A stretch of 64,000 nt of DNA from Phoronis australis (lineage: Eukaryota > Animalia > Phoronida): assembly GCA_002633005.1 (NCBI GenBank), contig NMRA01000861.1:5696-69695 (forward strand). Reading direction: 5' to 3'. Position 1 is the first letter of the stretch, and every line of letters begins with the position of its first letter. Made by a program: the position numbers and the translations under genes. Below are positions 13,881 to 28,067 of this stretch, in pieces. A model generated the notes under the pieces. The model was not told the DNA's origin and ran no database searches. It saw only the letters and a list, made by a program, of their open reading frames with translations.

Positions 13881-15339
13881 AGTTTTTAGCAATTAGTTTA
13901 TATCGACATCGTTCAGTGATGTTATCCCCTCCAGTTACCCCCTCTGAATAACGGGTTTATTTAGTGTTTTTATTTAGAAACTCACCCAGGACTTGGATGG
14001 TAGGCTAGCAGCATATATTCACATTTTGTCCTGCGTACAAGTGCCCAAATATAAGAGGTGTATAGGATGTGCCGCTCAGAAGTCAAGGGTGAATTTTTTC
14101 GCAGCAGTTACACTCCAGAACTACGCTACGTATGTCCAATAAAATTCTCTAGATGAGTAAGTTTCTTTATTTTATAGCAGAGCCCGCCCCCAGGACTACC
14201 AGATTAGTTACCAAATTAACATGAATGAGCTATTCAGTAAATTCGTAACATTGCATTGGAATAAATATTGACACCTAGAACGAATTTTATTTGTTGAGAT
14301 CAGAAACACATTTCAGGTGTCATGAAAAATACACATTCTTAAATCACTTCAGACCTGTGTACCACCAAAACTCCATTGGAGTACTCTGAACACCAGATTG
14401 TTTAGTCAAACTTTTGGTTTCTCAAATGACCCCCCCTCCCCCCGAGGACAGTTTTCCTACTTACTTGCCTCTAAAATACACGCAGTGACTTGATCACCAA
14501 TTTTCAGAATATTTTAAGTCGTTTAATTGAGGGAAAACGCGCTAAGTGAAAAGATCCTGTTAATCAAATGTCCTTACTGAACTTAGTTGTCTTTACATGT
14601 CTAATCATTAGGCTAATGATTAACCTAATGATTAATCATGTATATACACCTCAATTCTTAACACAAAAACATATCTGCAAATATGTGTTGATGAATCTGC
14701 ACTGAATGTGCAATGTTTCGCACCAGACGATATTTTCTAAACCAATCACAAAAGTTTTGAACAATTATTCATTGCATGTGTCTGTGAACATGTACCACCG
14801 TACTGCATGCGAAAAGACCTCCAGGCTCGACTGTGCCTTGAGTATTATCGTCAGCTCAACATGCTACGAAGTCAGTGCAGATCACCATGTCCGCAAAAAA
14901 CAACACGCCTTACAACTTCCAGTATAAATTCCACGGTCCCTTGAATAAGACATTGTCATTCTTTGGAACAACGCAGTAAAAAAAACAGATGTTCCCTTCT
15001 TTCAGAAGCTACTTTCTTTACAACAAGGAATATGCAACCACATGCTTTGCCATTTTGTCAACAATACGTATTTAGCCGTAAATAGCCGGAATTAGATGAA
15101 ATAAGCAATCCACAAATCACAGAAGTCGTTGCTTATCGGTTAGGCCTGTGACACACATACCAGTAGAAGAGACCTCGCGATTCGCCGATTATCAGGCTAT
15201 TTAGAGAATGAAACGAAGCAAGTTTTCCGAGTTTGTAGTTCAACTTTTTGGCTAAAATTATGATTTTACAATATTTTTTTTAATTTCTAACTTTAAAATC
15301 TTCTTCCTCGTCCGTTTAGACTACAAATCGGCGTATTTA

Positions 15340-18300
15340 CGGTAAAGTCGCGAGATTTTCGGACGGCCCGCCATTTTCGACCAAGAATAAATATTTCCGA
15401 AATGAGTTTTTCATAGTCCACGAAATTCGTACAAGGTCCAAAAACTGTTTTTTAATGATCTTCGAACTTCGGACAATGTCATAAACGTCGGATTTTTGCC
15501 CCGCGACTTTCGGACAAGGAAAATTTTAGAAACGCTAATTTGGGATCGACGCAACTCCCGTGTCACTAAAGCGTTCAACGGATGATTACTACTCTATAAG
15601 GCTTGAATCTGAGAATTGGTGTAACGGGCTTTGTAATTTTTACCTTGTCTTGACGATGTCATGACCGTTACTCGATTGTCTTGCGTTTAGCTTGTGTTTG
15701 GCGCTTTAGCTATGGAAAGAGTCACCGAGTCCCGCATGACGAAAATTTCTGATGAAAATACAAATGGGAAATACACCGAAGGCTGCAGTTTTTCGTTGTA
15801 GCGTAACATGTGCTCTGGTTTAATTAGACCGTGTTGTTCGACTTCGGACTGTGACATTGAACTTGCACGCCTGACATCAACTTGCGTGTTTACGAAACGT
15901 TTTTATTTTTAAAACGTCCTGGCCTTTGCAAATGCCCTTGTTAGTGGCTAAAATCTCCGGCGACGTGTCCCGATTTTATTCTTGACGTGATGAGAAATAT
16001 TTTTTGTTTAGGCCCCCATTCACAATAGGCCACAGCTAAGTCTGTCCGTAGGATATCGCGCGTTCAAAGTAGTGTAGATAGTGAACAGCAGCAGCCGAAT
16101 GAGACGGAGCCAAAGTAAAGCTGGTTAAAAATCAAACATAGTGCAAGGCCCAGCACTCAGAAAGGGGCGCGGCGCACACGCAATTGTTACAGAGACATTG
16201 CATCCCTGTCCTATGTTGTGTAAGCGCCGGTGTGCTATAACACATATCAAAAACTAATGTACATCCACGTAACCACGTTTCATTACCCTTACAAATTGTC
16301 TGTTGCTCTCTGATAAGCATCGCAGATGCAAGAATCTCGCTAAAGAAGATAGTGTGATCGTGTGCTTCGTTTGCAATGCCTCACCAAACGTCTCGACGTC
16401 TTCAGTCTAGCGTGTTCGTGAGATTCTCACCCTTGCGCCCCTGGTCGCAGACTAGGGTAGAGTTCAGTAGCTGTCTTGGGAAATACAAAAATCTAGCCAA
16501 AATCACGCTTTCAATTCAAAAACACAATACATCAGGTAATTTCATGAATTCTTGCTTTTTAGCGAAGTTCTAGCGTTACGAGCTTTACCCCAGATGTAAA
16601 CCTAAAAAAGATTTAACTTGCGGCGACCCAATTTTGCTTGCTCATCCACTGGTCTGTGTACTTGTGGTCTTGTTAATTCACACCCTGTACCGTCTGAGGT
16701 ACAACACCCTGAACTCCATGGTGTCCCGAGATTAAGATGAATCCCGACAAGGACACCGGGACCCTGTGGCACTCTCTGTCTGCGGCGGCTAAGAAAATCC
16801 TCCACCAATCATTTCGAAAAATGACAAGTCAGTTGAATCAGATTTGGTAGTCGTTGCTTCTTGTGGTCCTAGGGGTAGGCTAACAAGAATACAGGACCTG
16901 GAGTCCGATGCAACGGGCTTGGAACCTGATAAGTGTTTCCGACCCGGAGTTCGATATCTACTTTCCACAGGACCTTGCCTTCTTGTCCATGTTACCGCCT
17001 TCAGTTGATAGTTTTGAGACAAAAAAGAAACGTGATCTTAAACTACAGACCATGTTTTTTGTATTACTTAATATAGTTTTAGAGGCATTTCAGCTGTAAG
17101 TGTGTTTAATTGTGTTGACTGTTACATTGCTAATTATTATTGTTCTATTTTTACCCGAGGTGATGCCTTACTTGCAGCAAGGGTAAATAATTTTGGGAAG
17201 TATTACCAGCGATTTCCGTATATAAGTTGGGGAAACCAAACGTCTTATGTAAAAATACACCAGGGCCTATACTCAGCAATGCCGAATACACGAACACAGT
17301 ATAAATACTGTAGCTCACCCTAATTATATCCTAGTGGGAATAGCATTATTTTTAGATTTCAAGCATGCATTTTTATTCTCAGATATGCATCCTAGGTATA
17401 TTTTAGGAAAAAATTTAAGATACGCAAATTGGCCATATTTTCTTCTGGATTTATATACGGAAATTTACGGTGGATCTTCTTAAACCTGTAAACCATGAAA
17501 ATTTCATTGAGACAGTTTTGTTCTACTAACATGTTCAACTAACATTCCGTTCATGCAAGTCGGTCAGTACGTTCGCATTTAAGGCGTTATTGCAACAGGT
17601 AAGTGTTGTTTTGATTTTTGTTTGGTGCTTCCATATTTTATTTTGTTATGTATTCCTGTCTTCAGATAGTCACTGTTATTCTTCAACAACATTTCTGTAC
17701 TTATAATGAGACTTCAGTAAACTCGCGACTGTTCATACTTTAAATGTTAGCAGAAGTGTGTAGTGTCCATCAGCAGAGACCTGTGGGAAGAACTATTTTC
17801 CGTAACTGTAGCAAATATATGACGCAATGAAATGAAAACGGTCGACATAGATGAATTGTAATTGGTTAAATGTATATTAAGAAAGAAAATTAAGTATATA
17901 AATAGTAGACCGGTTCTTGAATTGCCTGGTTTACGTCCTTCATGAGTTCACCTGTCCCAAATTGAGTGCTTTCGTTTTTCTTTTCAGGTCGTCACTAGTC
18001 GATTCTTCTAACAGTCGTGATCTGCCCAGTAGCCTATTGTATCAACGTGCGCAACAACGGTCTTGGCAGGGGGTTGCACCAAGCAGACTCCCTTAGAACT
18101 AGTGGCTCAAAATCGACATTGGTCTGCAGCAGGAGGCCGAGGGGAGGGGAGGGGTGGCGGCGTAAATTAGTAGTGACTGAGGGAGACTGACCTGCGCGAA
18201 ATTGGTGATGACCGTGGACGGCGCTAAACTGGTGACGACCAGAAGAAACGGCCCTGTTATCTTCCTCGCAGATTATCAGAAAATGCCAACGATTATCAGT

Positions 18301-19907
18301 TTCATTTCATCCACAAACAGATTTCACAAGTCAGAGTTTTCACTTTGGTTGAAAACGTAAGCGAACCCAGATGTGTTAGGTCACCTCAGTTGCATGAAGA
18401 CACGCCAGTGTATCACTGAGTTAATATCGGGCCTTTCAAAGGCTGTGGATGAGAAAGGTTTTAATTGTAAAGAAAACGGTTGGGTGAATTTGATGTTGGT
18501 AGCATTTGAAATTGCATTTGCTTTCTAGTCAACGTCCTTATATATACAATATGTTAGTTAATCGTGTCTTCAGCCGCGCAGCACTGTACTAGTAGACGCA
18601 TTCCCATCGTTTGCAGTAGGCCTAAACATGTAGAACGACAGCGCTTCTTCAACAATTCAGACGACTACCAGGACGACAAATGGGGATCACGACTAAATGA
18701 GAAACTACTCGTTTTATTATCATGATTGTCTTTTTAATCTGTTTTGGGTAATTGTTCAATCAAAGTTTTTATGTTGAAACTGAGCTTTCAGATATGGAAA
18801 TAAACGTGTCAGAGTTAACTTGCGTTTCGGTTTGTAACCAGCAGACAATGCATGGATACGTTTAACAAACATAAATATATGCTATGTTCTTGTCATTGTT
18901 CGTCACTTTCTTCACTGAACTCGTTCCCATATCCATTACTGTTACGTTTAATGCAAAATTCGTTAAAATTGAGAAAGCGCGTGTTTTGATGGTCGGGAAC
19001 CCTCTTTGTGCGCCGAATACGCAAGTCCAGCTTTTTATTGGGAAACCATGCGTTGACNTTCTTGTCATTGTTCGTCACTTTCTTCACTGAACTCGTTCCC
19101 ACATCCATTACTGTTACGTTTAATGCAAAATTCGTCAAAATTGAGAAAGCGCATGTTTTGATGGTCGGGAACCCTCTTTGTGCGCCGAATACGCAAGTCC
19201 AGCTTTTTATTGGGAAACCATGCGTTGACAGCGCAAACTCGACATTTTTTATTGAGAAAACACATTTTTACAAGAGAGAATCGGTTGTCTGTAACGTTTC
19301 ATGTGCGTCAACAACGCAAACCAGACCCAGTGAGATAGCGCAGTTTTGAAAAGACTCTGTCTCTTGCCGAGAACGGTTTTTGAGCATCGGCAATGCAAGC
19401 CGAATATTTCATATTGAGAAAGCACGTCTTTGAAAAGAAGAACCAACACTTGTTGGGAACGGTCTTTGTGCGTCGACGACGCACATTTCTTATTGGGAAC
19501 GCCAGATTTTCAAAAATTAATCGCTCAGACCATTTGAGTCTCATTTACCTGCAATTATACAGCTATCAAATGACCGAGCCAGCATTGTTGATACTGCGAC
19601 CGCTCATCGAAATAATGTACACCCACGAAATTCGGACACTAGCCGAAACCCAAATTTGGAGGTCCGCCAAATTCGGACACCACAAAATGATATTTCAGCT
19701 ATCAAATGAACGAGCCAGCAATGTTGATACTACGACCGCTCATCGAAATAATGTACACTCACGAAATTCGGACTCTAGCGGAAACACAAATTTGGAGGTC
19801 CGCCAAATTCGGACACCACAGAAATGATGTTTCGCGAGATTCGTCCAAGAATGAATTTTTTCTATTGGAATTAATTTTCAGTGTCCGAAAATCACGCGAC
19901 TTTACCG
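15340..19907. mobile_element. 4.6-kb non-autonomous TIR DNA transposon with TA TSD (Tc1/mariner-pogo-like ends)
   Basis: 25-bp TIR CGGTAAAGTCGCG(A/T)GATTTTCGGAC with 1 mismatch; TA on both sides; subterminal TTCGGAC repeats; no transposase recognised inside. Confidence 0.82.
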
Positions 19908-20278
19908 TAGTGTACAAGCTAGGGGAGAGTATACACTAGGTTTGATATTTGTTACATTTTATGCACGTTCACATTACTTTGAAGTCAATAAACATCAAAA
20001 TATCAACTACCGACAAGTAGTATACAAGCTAGGGGAGAGGTTACACTAGTTTTGATATTTGTTACATTTTATGCACGTTCACATTACTTTGAAGTCAATA
20101 AATATCAAAATATCAACTACTGGCAAGTAGTGTACAAGCTAGGGGATAGGTTACACTAGTTTTGATATTTGTTACATTTTATGCACGTTCACATTACTTT
20201 GAAGTCAATAAATATCAAAATATCAACTACTGGCTAGTAGTGTACAAGCTAGGGGAGAGGTTACACTAGTTTTGATTT
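19908..20278. repeat. 110-bp tandem repeat, ~3.3 copies
   Basis: TACAAGCTAGGGGA recurs at 19913, 20023, 20133 and 20243. Confidence 0.93.
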
Positions 20279-22149
20279 TTGGACCAAATGTGTCACAGTT
20301 TCACTAAACTTGCCAGAAAAATAGTTACAGTACCCGTCAAAATAATGAGACAAAATGACCCAGAATTCCTTGTCATTATGGCCAAGTACAAACGGAATTC
20401 ATCATCATAGTAACAGTTCTCATATAAAATGGTGGGTAATTGCCCGTCGGGGAGGGGGGGGGNCTTTTGTAAGCTAACTTTTAGGATGTACTGTAGTGTA
20501 CAAAGTTGCAGTATGTACAATGTTGATAAACCAATGAGGAAAATTCTGGAAAGGTTACCATCCTAAAGAACAACAACTCACTAAATATAGCTCTTGTAGA
20601 CTTTGCTTGTTAATTTCTGTTTAAAATGTCATTGGGAACCAAGCACTTATTTATTTCCGCTGCATGAACAGAACATTTCCACCTGAAGACTGATGTATGA
20701 AGACATCCTTCATGCTGCTGTGCGGCTCAACTGCCAAGTACCAGAATGTTTACATATAAGCCTTGTGAAACTAAACATTCAAACTCATATAACTCTTGTG
20801 GGTTTAGTCCACCAAAAGTGGCTTTGAACTTGTTATTATGATGATCCAGGAAACAGGCTTAACTCTGAACACAGAGACCTTTGAGCAGAAACTTTCGGTC
20901 ACAGGTGAAAGTTAAACTACACACAAAAGGCTGTAACTTGGAAGTTTTCGAAGGTTTCATTAATCAATAAGTTGGTAAATAAATTGTCCATAAGTTGCAT
21001 GTTTTCAAAATCATGCAAGACATGTTCTTTTAAGCATACAAAAGAGTACAAACATATTTTGAGTTCTTAACTACAGTGCAAAAACCAACAGCTGATGCAG
21101 TGTACCCATACAAAACGTTCATTATTGTGTCATGTGACTGGTCTATTTTTAAAGGAATTCCAAGTCCCATATTCAAATTACAGGGTTGGCTAACCCCAAT
21201 AAAATTGATAATTTCCCGCTGTATTTCTCGACTGTTTAAGAGTTTGTGTGTTCTCCTTGATAACATATAAAATAAGTCCTATCATGGTAAGGGCATTTAT
21301 GAGACCGATTTTTAAGTAAAAGGTCCATTTTCATTTTTAGCCATTCTGTACAGGCCCTCACTTTTCTCACCTTTAAGAAGACCTCCACAGACAAACCCAA
21401 GTGCCTCATTAAAAGTACCTCCAAAGTGTTGATTTCCTCTACCAAAGATGATTTCCATCAACCCTGTCTCCAACATACGTTTTTACGCTTTTGAAAATGC
21501 CAATAATTGATATTGAAACCACAAACCTCATTTAAGTAGGACAGACACTGGTCCAGATTATCTTTTGAACAAAAGTTTTGATTCAAGTCCAGACCATCCA
21601 ATTTCTTTGGTGATGGCGTAAACTGCAACTGGGTTGAATAGTCACCACAGTGCCTCGGGGTGGCGCTCTTGGCAGTGTAGAGAGCAGCGAAGTCACAATA
21701 TCCANTTTCAGTATAAGTGTTGTGCGCTGACTCGATTTACTGACATTGTGGCAGTGCATATTTGGCGTCAGTGAGGAGAGCCAGGGAGCGGCAGTATTGA
21801 GGTATTTTTCATGGTGTTTTCGTATTTGGTATTTCCGAATTTGCATTTTGTCTGTATCTGTGAGGTTTGCTATGCATTTTGTTTTTTATTTTTAGAACTG
21901 AAACAGAGAAGAACCGTGAAAATGTCAATGAGAAATGTTTCACGTCTCTCAATAAAGCTCTTTAAAAAGATGTAACTCCTCTTGACTTGCCAAGCACTCA
22001 CAATGCCCATGAGTTTTTACTATGGTTACTGAACCAATGGCATGTAGACACACTTGCTTACAGCACTGATAATGTATCGTCTCAGGTTACTACCTTCCAA
22101 CACGTAAAGAAGCTATAGAGGAGTTGTAATAACTGCTCACCAACAAAGG

Positions 22150-23225
22150 AAACATGAGCAAAACAGAGCGTTGAAATGCGCCCACAAATGCACTGCAAAC
22201 GGTGTGCTTCTAGGGAGTTTATTTGTATCATAAAAATTCCCACTAGATAGTGCAAAATATTTTAAATCCATCCCAAAACTGGAAAATGTCGCAGTTTTTA
22301 TAACAGAAAGCTATTTACCACATTTCATGAAAATTCGTCAAGAAACTTTAGCAAAACCAAAAAAAATGAAATTGCCACTAGGGGTCAAAGGTTCATCGGC
22401 TCTGTCTGAAAGTTGTCTTCTGTTGTCAACATCGCATACCCGTCCTATATACACTTGCTGAATTTAACAAACATTCTGCAGAGAGCTTAGAAGATGCAGC
22501 CAGGGGCGCAAAAACAAACAAAACTGCCACTAGGAGGCCCCAAAGTAGTCAAAGTCATCAGAAAATCATTGTCAACCATCCTCTTCATAGTAAGAACATA
22601 CAAGCCATATTTCATAATCATCCTTAAAGTTGTTCAGTTGATGGAGGGACAGACGACAAAAAAGACTTGAAAACAGTAAAAATGGCCACTACGTGGCACA
22701 AAACACCGTGAATCCATCCAAAAATGGGTGAATAGCGTCACCTCATTAACAGATGCTTATGTGTCACATTTTATAAAAATCTATGATCAAAGACCTTTAA
22801 CGATACAGAGGTCAATGTAAAAACAATAAAATTGCCACTAGAGGGCATACCTGTAATCCGATCTGTTCAAAAGTCGTTGTCATTAGTTGTCAACTTCATA
22901 TAAACACATTTACTAAATTTAATAACGATCCTGTACAGCATTTAGGAGATACAGCCATGGGTGCAAAAACTAACAAAACTGCCACTCGGAGGCGCCACAG
23001 AAGTCCAAGTCGTGGAAAAGTCATTGTCAACCATCCTCTTCATAGTAAGAACATACATGCCAATTTTCGCAATCATCCTTAGAGTGGTTTGGTTGACAAA
23101 GGGACGGACACAAAAACAGTAAAAATGGCCACTAGATGGCACAAAATGACGCAAATCCATCTGAAAATGGGAGGATAGCGACACCTCATTACTAGATGCC
23201 TATGTGCTAAATTTCATGAAAATTA
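22150..23225 (+). mobile_element. Truncated Helentron/DINE-1-like element (same family as 58624-59900)
   Basis: Same 5' end (AACA.GAGC...TTGAAATGCGCCCA) and same tandem core subunits containing GCCACTAG; 3' end missing. Confidence 0.75.
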
Positions 23226-23858
23226 TCACTCACAGCCCACGATTCCAATCCAATGAATAACCGGTAATGGTTGAATTTCCTCAGACTCCAACTTAGTCCA
23301 AGGCGACTCAGCCACGCACTCCATAATTGTTCCTCTCTCGAAGTTTACAGAGCAAAAACCTTGGTTTATGAAGACATTGGTCGTTTCTTTTATCCACTTT
23401 TTCCACGAAATATTCAGTCTAATCCACGCTCCACGCAGTTTTGACTGCAGAATCCCACAATTTATCACAATTTTATACCGAATGCAGACACCATTGATGA
23501 ACCACGCTATACCAGGCACAAGCACTTGAATTTACCTGTTCCTCGATTGCCACTGACATCACTCACTACTAAGAAATCATGTTTCTTATATGTGGTTACG
23601 AGTCATCGGCAAGTTCGAGCGCCTGTGATCCGCAACCACAATTTTTGTTCTTCCGAACCATAAAGAGCAGTTTCCGCATTTCTAGTCGTCAGCAACGCCG
23701 CGGTAAGAAACCAATTTACCGCGATAATTTAATGGAAAATTCGATTCATGTGCGAAAATATAACAAAAATACACGGATCAAATAAAAAACGGAAATCCGC
23801 ATTTCCACGGACAAGTAATGTAGATTGTCGAATAGCCCCATTTGAAGGTCGTACTCAC

Positions 23859-23969
23859 CGCACAATGTGGACACACAAACCCACTCATGTTCTCCACCAC
23901 ACCAATCACAGCTAGGCCAGTCTTTTTACAAAATGTCAGTTCTCTTCTCACGTCACCCACAGACACAGC
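23859..23969 (-). CDS. NUBP2: NUBP2 coding exon (111 nt): [37 protein letters not shown]
   Basis: ttacag/gtgagt boundaries; GVVENMS motif and CPHC Fe-S-binding motif. Confidence 0.97.
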
Positions 23970-24022
23970 CTGTAATCAGAGAACTTGTGATAGGCTGCTC
24001 AACAGCTTACCCAGTAGATACA

Positions 24023-25443
24023 CACGGGTGAGAAACAACATGACCGCCGGTCCTCTTAAATCGGACCGACTCACCCAAAACAGGACCTCTGGGGATCAAA
24101 TGGGACCGCCGCATCAGAAAATGGGACTGATGCACCTAAAAACATGACCGCCCCACCAGAAACAAGGACCACCGGGGACTGAACATGACCGCCGGGGATT
24201 GAAACCACAATGACAAAAAAGCTAAGATTTATCACCGGTAGGCCTATACAGATCACACAATGGAGCTATGTACGTATGCAGAGGCAGGTCTTGTGCCGAT
24301 TAATCCAACAAAATCTTTTGTGCGCTAAAGGACACTTTGTTATGTAACAGGCAGCGCTTTTGAGTTTTAACCACAAACCAACCAGGTTGCATGCTTTTGA
24401 GCTAACTAATTATGACTTTATCCACTGCGTAAGTTTTAGAACAAAATGACGATTTAGTCATTGAAAAAGGCTTCTGGTTCTCGGGTGAAGAATCATAACT
24501 AGCCTTTGTGCAGCAAAGCAGTATATTAAATATACAGCTTGGTGCCGATGTGGGTAAAACACTGAACATATAAAATCTTCATTGAATTAGTGTTATTAAT
24601 GACACTCTTCCTTGAGTAAATTAATAAATTTATCGGTGCTCACCGGGAAAATTGTCGTTCTGTCGTTATTCTGCTGCTAAAACTGAAATGCGTTCTTTTA
24701 GGTCGGCTTACATTGACCACTTCCTTTTTTCACCGATTCTTCAGTCGGCTCTTCTTCTCTTCTACGAGGTTGCGTACATGGCACAACAAATTATCAGAAC
24801 TGGTTTCATTTCGTCATAAGGTTTTAGTATTTTGATACCAGCAAACCGAATTTCAGAACAAATCGTGCTGCTGCGAAGTTGAGTTGTCAACTTCCGAAAG
24901 AGGTGGCAAAATTTTATTAAATGGCACGTGCTCATGTCACGAGCGCGACAGACTTTTTTGTTACAATAGGCAAACAAATGACCTTCATTAGATTGTTTTT
25001 CACTCAAGAGGCTGCAACCTGCAAACTGAGAGTTGATTGACTCCTAGATTTTGCATGCGCTTTGCTCCGCTCGCTAGCTCTACATGTTGATATAAGTTTC
25101 AGGACGAGGTGGCGAGCAGAACTATTCCCAGGCTGTGGGAAATTTCGGGATGTAACGGAGCTCAATAACGCAGTGCTACCAAGCTTTATTTTGGCGAGTC
25201 TTACGCAGCTAGCTGACCGGTTACATCATAACCCGCACAATCATACAAAGGCCTTGATAACTACATTTTGTCCGGCGGTCATGTTCAGTCTCCGGTGGTC
25301 CTGTTTTGTGGTGGGGCGGTCATGTTTTTAGGTGCGTCAGTCCCATTTTCTGGTGCGGCAGTCCCATTTGATCCCCGGAGGTCCTGTTTTGGTTGAGTAA
25401 GTCCGATTTAGAGGACCGGCCGACATGTTGTTTCTCACAAGTG
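24023..25443. mobile_element. Non-autonomous Transib-like transposon with ~170-bp TIRs
   Basis: CAC...GTG termini; perfect 5-bp TSD ATACA (24018-24022 and 25444-25448); 24023-24195 is the reverse complement of ~25272-25443. Confidence 0.85.
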
Positions 25444-26215
25444 ATACAGTACTTGTCAAAAGTAAGCACACAAAATACCATTTCCCCGTCAAAACGGGAA
25501 ATGACTCGTCCTGACCGGGTCATTCTAGCTACTCTTATGATGAATTCCGCTTGCCCACAGCTATTGGGACATGAAATTTAGTCTGACTGTTTTTGGTGTA
25601 AGCTAAGCCTGAACTTGTCTGAAAGTCATCATGGCAGACACAACACGTGTATTGCAACAGGGGAAAGTTTTCTCCATTTTAAGAGGAATATCTGTTTCTT
25701 TAAAGTCTGTTGAATTATTCTATTTGACAATGAATATTGCTAACAAACCCAAGCCTGTAAAGGCTTCTACACCAAATGCCAAGCCATTGAAACAGTCTAC
25801 ACTCACACCTCTGTATGCCAAGCCATTGAAACAGTCTACACTTACACCTGTCATCACACTGGCCCCAGGCCAATCTGGATTTGACATTAAGTAAGAAATA
25901 AAAGACGCAGGCTCTTAGACAATGAAATCAAAGGTTTTTTCATGGAACTCCTATAATCGCTCATTCCTGATCAAACTACCGTCATTCATGAGGTGTGAGC
26001 GTTTAAAAAACAAAGAGATTGATGTTTTGAGAAATGAGGCTGCCGCCATGAAGAGTCATTTTGAGCACAAGATTGCAAGGCCTGAAGTTATGCTTGATAA
26101 ACAACAAGCCTATGTTCGTCGAAACAGTCTCATAGCAAGTGGTTTTGAAGAGAAGAGATGAGAACACAGATGACGTTGTAGTTACTCTTGCTAGGCGTAT
26201 CACCATAGATATTGA

Positions 26216-27602
26216 CAGTGTTCTCCACGACCTGTTTTGACTCGATGCCATGAGTTTGGATTTTGCCGCGTTGAGTTTGGGAAAAGCGTGTCAAGTTCAA
26301 AAATTGCCGCGCCAGGTTTAAAACCTGGGGTGGCTTGGTATTTCATCCCTCAACATCTAATCAGAGCATGATTTTACCAACAGTAAACACAGTTCACTTT
26401 ACTAAAAGGCAGTTAACAGTACTGTATTCACGGTAATAAGGCACCCGGGGAGCTTAGTAAAATTCCTTTCGGGGGAGAAGGCGCTTATTGTAACCCAAGG
26501 TGGTTGAAACCCGGTCTCCGAAACGGGTGAAATTGGAAGCTATGATTCATCAAATTTACGCTATGTGATGTATCTGTAGCCTACAACAGACTTTCTACAA
26601 AACTGTGGCACATTGCTATCAAACTTCATTGTTAAATTACAATCATTTTGCAGAAATTGTGGTGAAATCCCAGGGCGAAAACTTGTCAATGCGCTGCTGC
26701 CTCGCAATCGTTGACAAGGCAGCTTGAAGAAAAATATAGTTTCGACTTAACTAAGTTTTCCCTAAGATTTTAAGTTCATGTGAAGTTGGTATTAAGAACG
26801 ACAGGTACAAATCAGTGCAAGATCGTACCCAGCAACGCAAGAAAAATCTCTGGACGCACGCGTTGTAGTCACGTGCCTTTGTTTTGAAGATCGTCTGCAT
26901 GTGTGAGAGAGAGTGCGTACGTGTCAACAGTGTTCATTTGCCGCAGTAAACGCAATGCAACCATTTAGGTGTAACTAAAGAAATAACACAAGCAGTATCA
27001 CGAGAACGCGCTTCATTATGCACTTGCTGACCACATCTACTATTAAAATGTGCAAGAATTGTCTTGGTAGGGCCTAAGCCCGAATGTCATCGAGTCGCCA
27101 GGTGACAGGATGTGTGACAGTCCGAGTTATTTTCTGGGAAATTCGGGGGCAGAGGTGTCCACTCTCAGTGGGCCATTAAAAAAGTGATTAATAAAGCAAT
27201 CCCCCTTAAAATCTTAAAAATAATGCAACATGCTGTTTTTACGGCATTGGAAACTCTCTGAAATTTATTTATTTATTGCCGATATGCTACCTGTAGTTCC
27301 ATGGATAGTTCCCAAAGACCAAAGTCTGTGATGACAAGTGACAGGCCACGTGCTTTAAACAATTTTTTTATATTTGAGACAGTCGTCAGCTGAATGCTGG
27401 GCACTTCAAGTATTATTCGCGGGTTTTACGTATAGGCCCTACAAAGTGTCAAAAAGTAAGTCAGTGTACATTTTTGAAACACATATAAATACCTCCAGTG
27501 GAGATGTTAAGGCTATAGATTACAGAAAGGACGGTGTTGACTATTGATATTGAACTCCAGAAATTTGCGTCGAGTTTGGAATTGTTATTGTGGAGAACAC
27601 TG
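26216..27602. mobile_element. Non-autonomous hAT-like element with 5-bp TSD, inside LINE ORF1
   Basis: Perfect 13-bp TIR CAGTGTTCTCCAC/GTGGAGAACACTG; TSD ATTGA (26211-26215 and 27603-27607); excision rejoins ORF1 as ITIDID-IRDISRSHRLG. Confidence 0.85.
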
Positions 27603-28067
27603 ATTGATATCAGAGACATTAGTCGTAGTCATCGCCTTGGTGCATACCCCCATCTTCAACCTCGAGTAAACCGAGACATTGTGAAGTTTGTCTCCTTCAA
27701 TGCGAGAGCCGAGCTCATTGCAAATCGAAAATTACTGCACAAATCAGAAAAGCCTATGTGTACGAGAACTTAACTCCAAAAAGAATCCAATTTTTCAGAA
27801 AAGCAAAAGTGCGTTCTGAGCTGCTACATGTGGTGAACACATCCACTACCACAAGAAACTGTAGGAACACCGCATTTATCCACCTTCACTCTTATCAGGC
27901 TTCTATTGTGAGTCAGCATGCTTGAATAATTGGCTGATAAGCCACCTCTGGAACTACTTTTGGCTGAATGGATGACCAGGCCATAAAATGATAATTAGCC
28001 AAGACCAGTTACTAATGCAACAATGAATAATGTCCTAGCGTCACCTAGCCTTGGTGGAAAGCTGAAT

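Noticed and set aside
18888-19230. ~170-bp tandem duplication
   Set aside because: Near-identical copies meet at a single n (19058), typical of an unmerged contig or haplotype overlap.
20470-21700. Possible decayed minus-strand coding region between two single-n joins
   Set aside because: Too degenerate to assign to any family by eye.
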